Below, piece after piece: positions 23,501 through 36,479 of a DNA stretch of 64,000 nucleotides; the stretch's first letter is position 1, and every line of letters begins with the position of its first letter. Source of the DNA: Macrostomum lignano (lineage: Eukaryota). The DNA is taken from contig NIVC01001269.1 of NCBI GenBank assembly GCA_002269645.1, forward strand, positions 124,001 through 188,000, given 5' to 3'. Under the pieces are notes generated by a model that ran no database searches, was not told where the DNA came from, and saw nothing but the letters and a program-made list of their open reading frames with translations. Both the position numbers and the translations under genes were made by a program.

Positions 23501-26500
23501 GGCTCCTTAAGGTTTGAAATATTGGCTCTTTAATGTTTAACATGGTGGCTTTTCTATGTTCGACATGGTGGCTTTTCTATGTTCGACATGGTGGCTCTTG
23601 TATGTTCGACATGGTGGCTCTTTTAATGGTCGACATGGTGGCTCTTTAATGTTCTTCATGTTGGCTCTTTTATGTTTGACATGGTGGCTTTTTTATGTTT
23701 GACATGGTGGCTCTTTTATGTTCTACATAGCTGCTCTTTTATGTTCTACATAGCTGCTCTTTTATGTTCGACATTGTGGCTCTTGTATGTTCGACAGGGT
23801 CGCTCTTTTAGGTTTGAAATGGTGGCTCTTTAATATTTGACAAGGTGGCCCTTTAATGTTTAACATGGCGGCTCTTAAATTTTCGAAATGGTGGCTGTTT
23901 TATATTTGACATGGTGGCTCTTTAATGTTCGACATGGTGGCTCTTTAATGTTCTTAATGGTGTCTGTTTTATGTTTGACATGGTTGCTCTTTTATGTTCG
24001 ACATGGTGGCTCTTTAATTTTTAACATGGTAACTCTTTTATGTTTGATATGGTGGCTCTTTTATGTTCGACATGGTGGCTCTTGTATGTTCGACATGGTG
24101 GCTTCTTTAGGTTTGAAATGGTGGCTCTTTAATATTTGACAAGGTGGCTCTTTAATGTTCGACATGGTGGCTCTTTTAGGTTTGAAATGGTGGCTCTTTA
24201 ATATTTGACAAGGTGGCTCTTTAATGTTTGACATGGTGGCTCTTTAATGTTCGACATGGTGGCTCTTTAATGTTTGACATGGTAACTCTTTTATGTTTGA
24301 TATGGTGGCTCTTTTATATTCGACATGGTGGCTCTTTAATGTTTGACATGGTGGCTCTTTAATGTTTGACATGGTAACTCTTTTATGTTTGATATGGTGG
24401 CTCTTTAATGTTCGACATGGTGGCTCTTGTATGTTCGACATGGTGGCTTCTTTAGGTTTGAAATGGTGGCTCTTTAATATTTGACAAGGTGGCTCTTTAA
24501 TGTTTGACATGGTGGCTCTTTAATGTTTGACATGGTGGCTCTTTTAGGTTTGAAATGGTGGCTTTTTAATGTTTGACAATGTGGCTCTTTAATGTTTGAC
24601 ATGGTGGCTTTTTAATGTTCGACATGGTGGCTCTTTTAGGTTTGAACCGGTGGCTCTTTAATGTTTGACATGGTGGCTCTTTAATGTTTGACATGGTGTC
24701 TGTTTTATGTTTGACATGGTGGCTCTTTAATGTTCGACATGGTGGCTCTTTTAGGTTTGAACCGGTGGCTCTTTAATGTTTGACATGGTGGCTCTTTAAT
24801 GTTTGAAATGGTGGCTCTTTAATGTTCGACATGGTGGCTCTTTAATTTTTAACATGGTGACTCTTTTATGTTCGACATGGTGGCTCCTTTAGGTTTGAAA
24901 TATTGGCTCTTTAATGTTTAACATGGTGGCTTTTCTATGTTCGACATGGTGGCTTTTCTATGTTCGACATGGTGGCTCTTGTATGTTCGACATGGTGGCT
25001 CTTTTATGTTCGACATGGTGGCTCTTGTATGTTCGACAGGGTCGCTCTTTTAGGTTTGAAATGGTGGCTCTTTAATATTTGACAAGGTGGCCCTTTAATG
25101 TTTAACATAGCGGCTCTTAAATTTTTGAAATGGTGGCTCCTTAATTTTCGAAATGGTGGCTGTTTTATATTTGACATGGTGGCTCTTTAATGTTCTTAAT
25201 GGTGTCTGTTTTATGTTTGACATGGTGGCTCTTTAATTTTTAACATGGTGGCTCTTTTAGGTTTGAAACGGTGGCTCTTTAATGTTTGACATGGTGACTC
25301 TTTAATGTTTGACATGGTGGCTTTTCTATGTTCGACATGGTGGCTCTTGTATGTTCGACATGGTGGCTTCTTTAGGTTTGAAATGGTGGCTCTTTAATAT
25401 TTGACAAGGTGGCTCTTTAATGTTCGACATGGTGGCTCTTTAATGTTTGACATGGTGGCTCTTTTAGGTTTGAAATGGTGGGTCTTTAATGCTTGACAAT
25501 GTGGCTCTTTAATGTTTGACATGGTGGCTCTTTAATGTTCGACATGGTGGCTCTTTAATGTTTGACATGGTAACTCTTTTATGTTTAATATGGTGGCTCT
25601 TTTATGTTCGACATGGTGGCTCTTTAATGTTTGACATGGTGGCTATTGAATGTTTGACATGGTAACTATTTTAGGTTTGAAATGGTAGGTCTTTAATGCT
25701 TGACAATGTGGCTCTTTAATGTTTGACATGGTAACTCTTTTATGTTTGATATGGTGGCTCTTTTATGTTCGACATGGTGGCTCTTTAATATTTGACAAGG
25801 TGGCTCTTTAATGTTTGACATGGTGGCTCTTTAATGTTCGACATGGTGGCTCTTTAATGTTTGACATGGTAACTCTTTTATGTTTGATATGGTGGCTCTT
25901 TTATGTTCGACATGGTGGCTCTTTAATGTTTGACATGGTGGCTCTTTAATGTTTGACATGGTAACTCTTTTATGTTTGATATGGTGGCTCTTTAATGTTC
26001 GACATGGTGGCTCTTGTATGTTCGACATGGTGGCTTCTTTAGGTTTGAAATGGTGGCTCTTTAATATTTGACAAGGTGGCTCTTTAATGTTTGACATGGT
26101 GGCTCTTTAATGTTTGACATGGTGGCTCTTTTAGGTTTGAAATGGTGGCTTTTTAATGTTTGACAATGTGGCTCTTTAATGTTTGACATGGTGGCTTTTT
26201 AATGTTCGACATGGTGGCTCTTTTAGGTTTGAACCGGTGGCTCTTTAATGTTTGACATGGTGGCTCTTTAATGTTTGACATGGTGTCTGTTTTATGTTTG
26301 ACATGGTGGCTCTTTAATGTTCGACATGGTGGCTCTTTTAGGTTTGAACCGGTGGCTCTTTAATGTTTGACATGGTGGCTCTTTAATGTTTGAAATGGTG
26401 GCTCTTTAATGTTCGACATGGTGGCTCTTTAATTTTTAACATGGTGACTCTTTTATGTTCGACATGGTGGCTCCTTTAGGTTTGAAATATTGGCTCTTTA

Positions 26501-29500
26501 ATGTTTAACATGGTGGCTTTTCTATGTTCGACATGGTGGCTTTTCTATGTTCGACATGGTGGCTCTTGTATGTTCGACATGGTGGCTCTTTTATGTTCGA
26601 CATGGTGGCTCTTGTATGTTCGACAGGGTCGCTCTTTTAGGTTTGAAATGGTGGCTCTTTAATATTTGACAAGGTGGCCCTTTAATGTTTAACATAGCGG
26701 CTCTTAAATTTTTGAAATGGTGGCTCCTTAATTTTCGAAATGGTGGCTGTTTTATATTTGACATGGTGGCTCTTTAATGTTCTTAATGGTGTCTGTTTTA
26801 TGTTTGACATGATGGCTCTTTAATTTTTAACATGGTGGCTCTTTTAGGTTTGAAACGGTGGCTCTTTAATGTTTGACATGGTGACTCTTTAATGTTTGAC
26901 ATGGTGGCTTTTCTATGTTCGACATGGTGGCTCTTGTATGTTCGACATGGTGGCTTCTTTAGGTTTGAAATGGTGGCTCTTTAATATTTGACAAGGTGGC
27001 TCTTTAATGTTCGACATGGTGGCTCTTTAATGTTTGACATGGTGGCTCTTTTAGGTTTGAAATGGTGGGTCTTTAATGCTTGACAATGTGGCTCTTTAAT
27101 GTTTGACATGGTGGCTCTTTAATGTTCGACATGGTGGCTCTTTAATGTTTGACATGGTAACTCTTTTATGTTTAATATGGTGGCTCTTTTATGTTCGACA
27201 TGGTGGCTCTTTAATGTTTGACATGGTGGCTATTGAATGTTTGACATGGTAACTATTTTAGGTTTGAAATGGTAGGTCTTTAATGCTTGACAATGTGGCT
27301 CTTTAATGTTTGACATGGTAACTCTTTTATGTTTGATATGGTGGCTCTTTTATGTTCGACATGGTGGCTCTTTAATATTTGACAAGGTGGCTCTTTAATG
27401 TTTGACATGGTGGCTCTTTAATGTTCGACATGGTGGCTCTTTAATGTTTGACATGGTAACTCTTTTATGTTTGATATGGTGGCTCTTTTATGTTCGACAT
27501 GGTGGCTCTTTAATGTTTGACATGGTGGCTCTTTAATGTTTGACATGGTAACTCTTTTATGTTTGATATGGTGGCTCTTTAATGTTCGACATGGTGGCTC
27601 TTGTATGTTCGACATGGTGGCTTCTTTAGGTTTGAAATGGTGGCTCTTTAATATTTGACAAGGTGGCTCTTTAATGTTTGACATGGTGGCTCTTTAATGT
27701 TTGACATGGTGGCTCTTTTAGGTTTGAAATGGTGGCTTTTTAATGTTTGACAATGTGGCTCTTTAATGTTTGACATGGTGGCTTTTTAATGTTCGACATG
27801 GTGGCTCTTTTAGGTTTGAACCGGTGGCTCTTTAATGTTTGACATGGTGGCTCTTTAATGTTTGACATGGTGTCTGTTTTATGTTTGACATGGTGGCTCT
27901 TTAATGTTCGACATGGTGGCTCTTTTAGGTTTGAACCGGTGGCTCTTTAATGTTTGACATGGTGGCTCTTTAATGTTTGAAATGGTGGCTCTTTAATGTT
28001 CGACATGGTGGCTCTTTAATTTTTAACATGGTGACTCTTTTATGTTCGACATGGTGGCTCCTTTAGGTTTGAAATATTGGCTCTTTAATGTTTAACATGG
28101 TGGCTTTTCTATGTTCGACATGGTGGCTTTTCTATGTTCGACATGGTGGCTCTTGTATGTTCGACATGGTGGCTCTTTTATGTTCGACATGGTGGCTCTT
28201 GTATGTTCGACAGGGTCGCTCTTTTAGGTTTGAAATGGTGGCTCTTTAATATTTGACAAGGTGGCCCTTTAATGTTTAACATAGCGGCTCTTAAATTTTT
28301 GAAATGGTGGCTCCTTAATTTTCGAAATGGTGGCTGTTTTATATTTGACATGGTGGCTCTTTAATGTTCTTAATGGTGTCTGTTTTATGTTTGACATGAT
28401 GGCTCTTTAATTTTTAACATGGTGGCTCTTTTAGGTTTGAAACGGTGGCTCTTTAATGTTTGACATGGTGACTCTTTAATGTTTGACATGGTGGCTTTTC
28501 TATGTTCGACATGGTGGCTCTTGTATGTTCGACATGGTGGCTTCTTTAGGTTTGAAATGGTGGCTCTTTAATATTTGACAAGGTGGCTCTTTAATGTTCG
28601 ACATGGTGGCTCTTTAATGTTTGACATGGTGGCTCTTTTAGGTTTGAAATGGTGGGTCTTTAATGCTTGACAATGTGGCTCTTTAATGTTTGACATGGTG
28701 GCTCTTTAATGTTCGACATGGTGGCTCTTTAATGTTTGACATGGTAACTCTTTTATGTTTAATATGGTGGCTCTTTTATGTTCGACATGGTGGCTCTTTA
28801 ATGTTTGACATGGTGGCTATTGAATGTTTGACATGGTAACTATTTTAGGTTTGAAATGGTGGGTCTTTAATGCTTGACAATGTGGCTCTTTAATGTTTGA
28901 CATGGTAACTCTTTTATGTTTGATATGGTGGCTCTTTTATGTTCGACATGGTGGCTCTTTAATTTTCGACATGGTGGCTCCTTTAGGTTTGAAATGGTGG
29001 CTCTTTAATGTTTGACATGGTGGCTCTTCTATGTTCGACATGGTGGCTCTTCTATGTTCGACATGGTGGCTCTTTAATTTTTAACATGGTAACTCTTTTA
29101 TGTTCGATATGGTGGCTCTTTTATGTTCGACATGGTGGTTCTTTAATGTTCGACATGGTGGCTCCTTTAGGTTTGACATGGTGGCTCTTCTATTGCGCTT
29201 TTTTTATGTTTAGCAGTTTTTTAGTTTTTAAGGTGTTTTAATAAAAAAATTATTTTGCGCTTCTAAGACTCGAACCCAGGTCGCTACATTAGCATTCCAG
29301 TCTGTTCGCATCAGGGCTATCTCTTTTCAATTGGAGAACATGAATTGTGGCCCTTATAATTCAATTCTTACAGCAAGTCAATTGGAGTAAAAAGTTATGA
29401 CATAATCAATTTCTCAGTCAGCCAGTATCAGTCTCACTTCGAGTTAGCAATATGGTTACGCAATTTCAATCAAGTCGTGTGTGCATTTCTTCGGCACTGT

Positions 29501-32500
29501 TTTCAACTTGTTGTGATGCAATCTTTATCAGAATTGAAATTCAGTCAGTCAGTTTTTTCTCTAGCATTCTTACAATGCATTTCAAGTCGAAAATTTTGCT
29601 TGACCTTTGCAAAAAAGCGTGTTTTTCGAATATTTAATCCCTTTAACATTGAGCAATTTCTTAGCCAAGATGCATGTACTGTGCCAGGAAAATTTCTGAT
29701 CGAATGATGCAAGTTTGAAGAAAATCGGTTGAGCCGTTTTTTCTGAAATCAATCGCATACCCATATACATACATACATACAGACAACTCATTTTTAGTAT
29801 ATAGGAATTCAAATTCGACCCTTTCTTGACTCGCAAAAAAATGATGTAATTTGTCAAATCCATCTTTGATCTGCACGGCAGTGTCTCGGTAAATTCCATA
29901 TCGCCTGAAATTCAGACTATTTTTCTTGCACACCTATACCCTTCCTGACACCTCTCATGTACCTGTACTAGTACAATCCATCTCTCAGCTGATGAATATA
30001 AAAATTTGCCTAAAAGGAACTATACAGCTTTCAATCTTGGTACTTATCTATGTGTATAATTAGGTGATACGATCTAGTAGAGCTTATGCCCTAGTGGTTA
30101 GAGCGTCGGCCTTACGACTGAAAGGTCGGGGTTCGATTCTTGACCCACTCGGAACAATTTGTGTCCTTGAGCAAGACAATTAATTCTCAAGGTTCAAGTC
30201 AGGCTGTAAATCGGTGCCAGCATTAGCTGAGGTAATTGATGGTGTGTGTGGCGTCACCCCATTGCCTGGACTGTACAGCCGTACGCATTGGTATCAATTC
30301 TTAAATATTCAAAACAATTCTGTTTCTTCATCAAACATGCAGACCAGGAGATGATAGTTAGTAGTTGAATTTTCGTTTAATTCTTCTTAAGCTGTCCTTG
30401 TTCACCTGCAGGACATGAACGAACCGGCCAGCTTCACGTACGAGCCGCACAAACCGCAGAATTTTTGCCCGAACAACACGTGGAATTATCCGCCGTACAT
30501 CCCTACCAGTACGAACTGCGCCTGGCGGATTAAGCATTTTATTTTCTAGCAAACAATTTTACTTTTTGTCTTAATATTGACGATAATTTTTTCAGGCTTC
30601 ATTGGCGATCGATTCTACGAGAAGACAATCTGCATGGAGACTAAGCACAATTGGGGCAGGCACTACGATGTGCACAGCTTATATGGCCACTCCATGGGGA
30701 TGCAGAGCTATCAGTGAGTTCATTAATTATGCCAACTTGGTCAGAATTGTAGTTTGCAAAGGAAATTGTCAGTTGAGTCTCAAAAAGGAGAGTGTCACTT
30801 GCGTCACCGATAGGAAAGTGACGTCCACAGCTTGGGTACCCAGCACCGAAGTGCCAGTTGGGTCCTCAGTAGGATAGTGTCAGTTGGGTCCTCAGTAGGA
30901 AAGTGTCAGTTGGGTCCTCAGTAGGATAGTGTCAGTTGGGTCCTCAGTAGGATAGTGTCAGTTGGGTCCTCAGTAGGATAGTGTCAGTTGGGTCCTCAGT
31001 AGGATAGTGTCAGTTGGGTCCTCAGTAGGATAGTGTCAGTTGAGTCCTCAGTAGGATAGTGTCAGTTGGGTCCTCAGTAGGATAGTGTCAGTTGGGTCCT
31101 CAGTAGGATAGTGTCAGTTGAGTCCTCAGTAGGATAGTGTCAGTTGAGTCCTCAGTAGGATAGTGTCAGTTGAGTCCTCAGTAGGATAGTGTCAGTTGAG
31201 TCCTCAGTAGGATAGTGTCAGTTGTTGGGTCCTCAGTAGGATAGTGTCAGTTGGGTCCTCAGTAGGATAGTGTCAGTTGGGTCCTCAGTATAGGATAGTG
31301 TCAGTTGGGTCCTCAGTATAGGATAGTGTCAGTTGGGTCCTCAGTATAGGATAGTGTCAGTTGGGTCCTCAGTATAGGATAGTGTCAGTTGGGTCCTCAG
31401 TATAGGATAGTGTCAGTTGGGTCCTCAGTATAGGATAGTGTCAGTTGGATCCTCAGTATAGGATAGTGTCAGTTGGGTCCTCAGTATAGGATAGTGTCAG
31501 TTGGATCCTCAGTATAGGATCGTGTCAGTTGGATCCTCAGTAGGATAGTGTCAGTTGGATCCTCAGTATAGGATAGTGTCAGTTGGGTCCTCAGTATAGG
31601 ATAGTGTCAGTTGGATCCTCAGTATAGGATCGTGTCAGTTAGATCCTCAGTAGGATAGTGTCAGTTGGTCCTCAATAGGAAAGTGTCAGTTGGGTCCTCA
31701 TGAGTTTGGAACGCTACAAATCTCAACTCCTACAGGACACTGCGCAACCTTTTCCCCGAGAAGCGACCCATTGTGTTCAGCCGATCCACCTTCGTTGGCT
31801 CGGGCCGCTACGCTCAGCACTGGCTGGGGGACAACCACAGCAGGTGGCCCGATCTGCACTGGTCCATCATCACCATGCTGGAGTTCAACCTGTTCGGCTT
31901 TCCCTACAACGGCGCCGATATTTGCGGCTTCGTGTACGACGCCACGAGAGAGATGTGCATCAGGTGGACTCAGCTCGGCGCCTTCTATCCGTTTAGCCGG
32001 AATCATAACATCAAGGAAGCGGATGGAGTCAGGACTAGGGTGCGTGCTGGCACTGCTGCTTCGTCCACTATTTATAATATGTCTAAATATCGATTCCCCG
32101 ACTCTTAACTAACTTAACTATAGGATCAAGATCCAGCCTCTTGGGACGCAGAAGCCCAGAAGATAATGAAGGACGCGCTGTTTTTCCGCTACAAATACCT
32201 GCCCTACTTGTACACGCTGTTTCACTACGCTCATACCAATGGTGCCACGGTTGTACGAAGTCTGGCACACGAGTGAGATCTTTTTACCGGCTTACGTTTA
32301 TTAAAAAATATTTATTGATTGCAGTCAATTAAAGAGTATGGGCAATCGAGATCATAGGCCTATTCAATTCAAAGATAAGTTTGGCCATAGATGATTTACA
32401 AGTCAAACTGGGCCTTTTAAAATCTTGACCATGGAGAACTTTTTCTTGGAAAATCCTGACCATAGACAATCTGGATATAGTAAAATCCTGACCATAGACA

Positions 32501-35500
32501 ATCTGGGCTTAGTAAAATCCTGACCATAGACAGTCTGGGCTTAGTAAAATCCTGACCATAGACAGTCTGGGCTTAGTAAAATCCTGACCATAGACAATCT
32601 GGGCTTAGTAAAATCCTGACCATAGACAATCTGGATATAGTAAAATCCTGACCATAGACAATCTGGGCTTAGTAAAATCCTGATGACCATAGACAATCTG
32701 GGCTTAGTAAAATCCTGACCATAGACAATCTGGATATAGTAAAATCCTGACCATAGACAATCTGGGCTTAGTAAAATCCTGATGACCATAGACAATCTGG
32801 GCTTAGTAAATCCTGACCATAGACAATCTGGATATAGTAAAATCCTGACCATAGACAATCTGGGCTTAGTAAAATCCTGATGACCATAGACAATCTGGGC
32901 TTAGTAAAATCCTGACCATAGACAATCTGGATATAGTAAAATCCTGACCATAGACAATCTGGGCTTAGTAAAATCCTGATGACCATAGACAATCTGGGCT
33001 TAGTAAAATCCTGACCATAGACAATCTGGATATAGTAAAATCCTGACCATAGACAATCTGTGTCTAGTAAAATCCTTACCATAAACAATCTGGATCTAGT
33101 AAAATCGTGTTCACATCGTGATCGTATGTTATCTGAAATTAGTAAAATTTTAGCCATCAGACAATCGGGGTCAAAGCTATATAGTTGGGATATATTAGAA
33201 CATTATAGGTACAGTAACTCTAGAGTGGTTCGTACACTGGACACTGGACAGTACATTGAATTATGGAAAAAAATTACTAAAGAACCATTCGAACTTTTCA
33301 GATTTCCTAACGACACCGCAGCTGTACGCATTGATGAGCAATTTTTATGGGGCAGCGCTATGCTCATCTCACCCGTACTGTCGCCCGCAAAACTCAGTAT
33401 CCAAGCCTATCTGCCTCCCGAAGACGGTTGGTACGACGCTTACACTGTGAGTATTGAATTTTTGTGGCTTGTTACGACTTTTTCAGTAGAAAACCTACTA
33501 TGGGTCCTCAGTAGGAAAGTGTCAGTTGGGTCCTCATGGGGTTAATCATGGGGTTAATGTAGCCTAGTGGTTAGAGCATCTGACTCACGACTTGAAGGTC
33601 GAGGGTTCAACTCCCTAATCCCACTGGAATAATTTGCATCCTTGAGTAAGACAATTAACTCCTCTGCATTAATTTGCTTAAGTTCACCCAGCCGTAAAAT
33701 GGGTGCCAGCATTAGCTGGGGTAATTGAGGGTGTGTGGGGCGACCCCCAGTCCTTGGACTGAACAGCCGTACGCAGCCTTCAGATGCACCGCGCTATAGC
33801 TGCGGCTGAGCTGTGGGTTGCACATCTGGCCCAATTATTTATAAACGAGGCTTTAGGACATTTTTTCCAAAGTTCTACTATAAGTAAAGTACAAAAACTT
33901 TAGTTTGCATTTTTAAAAAAAAACCTAAATATATTGTGACGTATTTTTGCAAAAAAACATATTCATGCAGGGCGAAGAAGTTCAAGAAACCGGCTTTGTG
34001 ATGTTGGACGCCCCGCTGGAGCATATCAACGTTCACATTAGGAAGGGATTTATTTTGCCTTGGCAGACTCCTAGCACCACGACTGTTAGCAGGTTAGGAA
34101 TTGGCCCAAATTATTTGATCTGAACTGCTCTTAACTGCGCTGAATGCCATGTAGATTATCGTTGTATTACAGTCTGTGTCATTCACTCTAGATCATAGCT
34201 GAAGGCTTTGGTAGTACACAATATAGGTACAATGTGATAATGCAACAATGATAAACATATAGTTATAAACAGCTTTTAGGCCTATAAAAACAGCTTTGGT
34301 CATCGGAAAGACTATATAGATCTAGCTGGAGATCATAGATCACAGACGAGGTCATACATGAAGGTCATAGTATTTGTGGACAGTATAGGTCATAGAAAAA
34401 GCTTTGGTCATAGATGGTATAGGTAATAAAAATTGCTTTGATCACAGACAGCGTAAGTCATAGAAAAAGATTTGGTCATTAGATTCATGTTGTCACAACA
34501 GCCTTGTTCATTATAATAATATGTCGCTGGCAGTCTGTAGGCATTGTCAAAAAGGCCCATTTACATTTCAGCCGCCAGAATGGCCTGGGTCTCCTAGTCG
34601 CTGCCAAGCAATTGCCCAGCTCAAACCTAAAAGCTACCGGCAGCCTCTTCTGGGACGATGGAGAGAGCTTTGGTGAGTGGCCGTGAATATCCCTATTCCT
34701 GTCGAGTGTTCTATCGACAAAAAGTACTATTTACACTATTTTCATTACAGAAACCTACACTGCTAAGAAATTTATTTTGCACGAATTTGAGCTGAGCACC
34801 GATGAGGTATGTTTGATTCAATAATCTACATGTACACTTAAAATTAAAAATTATTATCAGAACGCTTTCGTTATAATTAGGAATTAAATAGGACAAGTCG
34901 CGCGAGATAGGAATCAGGATTTTCTCTGATGCAAATCGAATGATTAATCCGGTCTGGATCAGGATTTTTCTCTGAACAGGACCGCGGAGACTTTGAATTT
35001 TGAGCGCAGCAGCCTTTGAGCAGAGCTGATGTCCATGACGTCCTGCGGGCGGCGGACACTAAAATGAACTAGAGTTCGTAGAGTACAAGCTAAACCACAT
35101 ACATGTAGCTGCTGGTCTCAGCCAAGAATTCTAAATATCTGAGATACATATCGAGATACATAAAATATTTCATGAGGTCACGTGATTGAAGGGGCCAGCC
35201 TTTGTAAACTTACTAAGTGTGTTCACTGTGTGCTATTGTGCTTCACTTTGAGTTTATAAACTCTTATCGTAATGTACATGTGAATGTGCATCGTATATAC
35301 AGGCTATACTACATTGATTTGTTCGTCTGTTTTCAGACTAGCGGTAACCACGTGCTGGTCATTCGGACACCTTTCAATGGCTACAAAGATCCGAACTCTT
35401 TGAAGTTTGAAAATATCACAATACTTGGCTTTGACACGTCGAAGGACTGGTCGGTCAGCGTCAACTCTGAGCAGCATAGCGGGGTAATAAAAATTTATTC

Positions 35501-35982
35501 CTTTCTATGTTGCCTCCCCGACGGGGGCGCAAATTGCTAGTCCATATACTAAAAAGGAATTTCAGCTTTGTTCTAATTGTGTGATTCACACGATTTTTTC
35601 TCGTACATGTACTTCAAACCAATACATGTGCAATGTATGTAATACCAGCGTCACACCGTTATCAAACGATTTCTGTGCGATCGCTTCTGTGGGTCAAAAA
35701 AGGTTCAAAATTGAACTTCAAGTATAGTATAACTGATGATTTGAATATAACAAATCAATTCAAGAATTTTATGAATTTGCCTTGCAGATTCGAGTTAATC
35801 CCAATCGGAAGACGTTGATCCTTGATTCTCTGTCGCTGCCGCTCGGCCAGAGTCACAGCATCACTTTTGCCGTCCGTTCTGCCGGCACTGCCGTTGCCTC
35901 GGTCATTGCGGTGGCTATTTGTGCTCTTCTGAGCACCGCCGTCACTGGAAACAATCGCTGGTCTTTGGCTATTTTAAATTAA
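17588..35982 (+). CDS. GH31 alpha-glucosidase (lysosomal alpha-glucosidase / maltase-glucoamylase-like), 17 exons; signal peptide, trefoil-like domain, C-terminal hydrophobic tail; two frame lesions as written
   Basis: Exons 17588-17744, 18220-18436, 19000-19329, 19398-19495, 20119-20354, 20448-20579, 21176-21427, 30412-30508, 30596-30713, 31736-32039, 32124-32272, 33302-33446, 33971-34092, 34572-34672, 34751-34806, 35337-35483, 35788-35982. Motifs: [35 protein letters not shown]|DMNEP (nucleophile), HWLGDN (acid/base), [27 protein letters not shown]. Confidence 0.93.
17902..18108. mobile_element. 207-bp hAT-type MITE in GH31 intron 1
   Basis: TIR cagtggcggat / atccgcccctg; exact 8-bp TSD gctatact (17894-17901, 18109-18116). 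Confidence 0.9.
19715..20030. repeat. 40-bp minisatellite (~7 copies), GH31 intron 4
   Basis: Unit aacaactcaatggttaccaagacacctaaacatctctatc. Confidence 0.9.
20693..21020. repeat. 48-bp minisatellite (~7 copies), GH31 intron 6
   Basis: Unit gtacattggtagtgaggctggctggacatctgtacattgtagagatct; 16-aa period in the ORF track. Confidence 0.95.
21712..22275. repeat. 18-bp minisatellite (~31 copies), GH31 intron 7
   Basis: Unit agatagcaagcatcccc(c/a); 6-aa period in the ORF track. Confidence 0.95.
22380..29190. repeat. 23-bp satellite, ~295 monomers, containing a 1587-bp higher-order repeat x3
   Basis: Unit tgtt(t/c)gacatggtggctcttt(a/t)a; near-identical ORFs at 24244, 25831 and 27418 (spacing 1587 = 69 x 23). 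Confidence 0.97.
29240..29804 (+). mobile_element. Possible non-autonomous Helitron/Helentron-like element 3' end
   Basis: caagtttgaagaaaatcggttgagccgtttttt, (acat)n, then tttttagtatatag; internal tRNA-like gactcgaacccagg. The resemblance is from memory only. Confidence 0.4.
30080..30287 (+). mobile_element. SINE family A copy 4 (3'-truncated)
   Basis: A box ctagtggttagagc, B box ggttcgattct, ccttgagcaagac core. Confidence 0.85.
30845..31700. repeat. 26/28-bp minisatellite (~31 copies), GH31 intron 9
   Basis: Unit gtgtcagttgggtcctcagt(at)aggata; the 28-bp variant is confined to the distal half; a short copy also lies at ~33500-33538. Confidence 0.95.
32440..33105. repeat. 32/35-bp minisatellite (~20 copies), GH31 intron 11
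   Basis: Unit aaaatcctgaccatagacaatctgg(gct/ata)tagt with alternating variants. Confidence 0.95.
33550..33835 (+). mobile_element. SINE family A copy 5
   Basis: gtagcctagtggttagagc ... gggttcaactcc ... ccttgagtaagac ... cccagccgtaaaatgggtgccagc. Confidence 0.85.
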
Positions 35983-36479
35983 ATCGACTGCTGCTGATAG
36001 AATTGACTCGCGATTTCGTGTCATGATCGAATGAAAGCACCAAGGAATCATACATGTATTCTCTTAGTTCATAGAATTGACAAGGTATGGTGATCAATGG
36101 TAACGATGGCTATATACGATGATTCTAAATCAATTTTTACTATTTAAAATTTCGAATGCATATCATACAGAAATTGATTAATTTCAAACTTAAATATACA
36201 TTAATAAAGAAGAAGCCTAGCGTTGTTTTCGTTTATTAATTGATTTGCCATCTCAAAAAACTTTATGAAATAACTTTTTTATGATAGTGGTGCCAATGCC
36301 ATGTAGGCTAGTGGCGTAAATGTTGTTTAGACAAAATTTTAAGTTCAGTGGTTGATGACCAAATTCGTCCTTACAGAACATTTTTAGATGCAAATTTTAC
36401 CGGTACATGAGAAGCGATATGTTGAGAGCGCGCGTCGAGGAATAGCAAAAAGAAAAATCAACCGAATATTTTGACTTGT

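Noticed and set aside
22380-29190. CRISPR-like appearance of regular short repeats
   Set aside because: Head-to-tail monomers with no unique spacers, eukaryotic intron context, and no cas genes
20613-29241. Numerous periodic ORFs (MSNIKEPP..., GDACYL..., MYRSLQ...)
   Set aside because: Satellite translations inside GH31 introns
30080-30150. tRNA-like sequences here and at 13728, 15545-15605, 17100-17147, 29265-29315 and 33550
   Set aside because: They have A/B boxes but no complete cloverleaf, and they continue into SINE or repeat bodies; not tRNA genes
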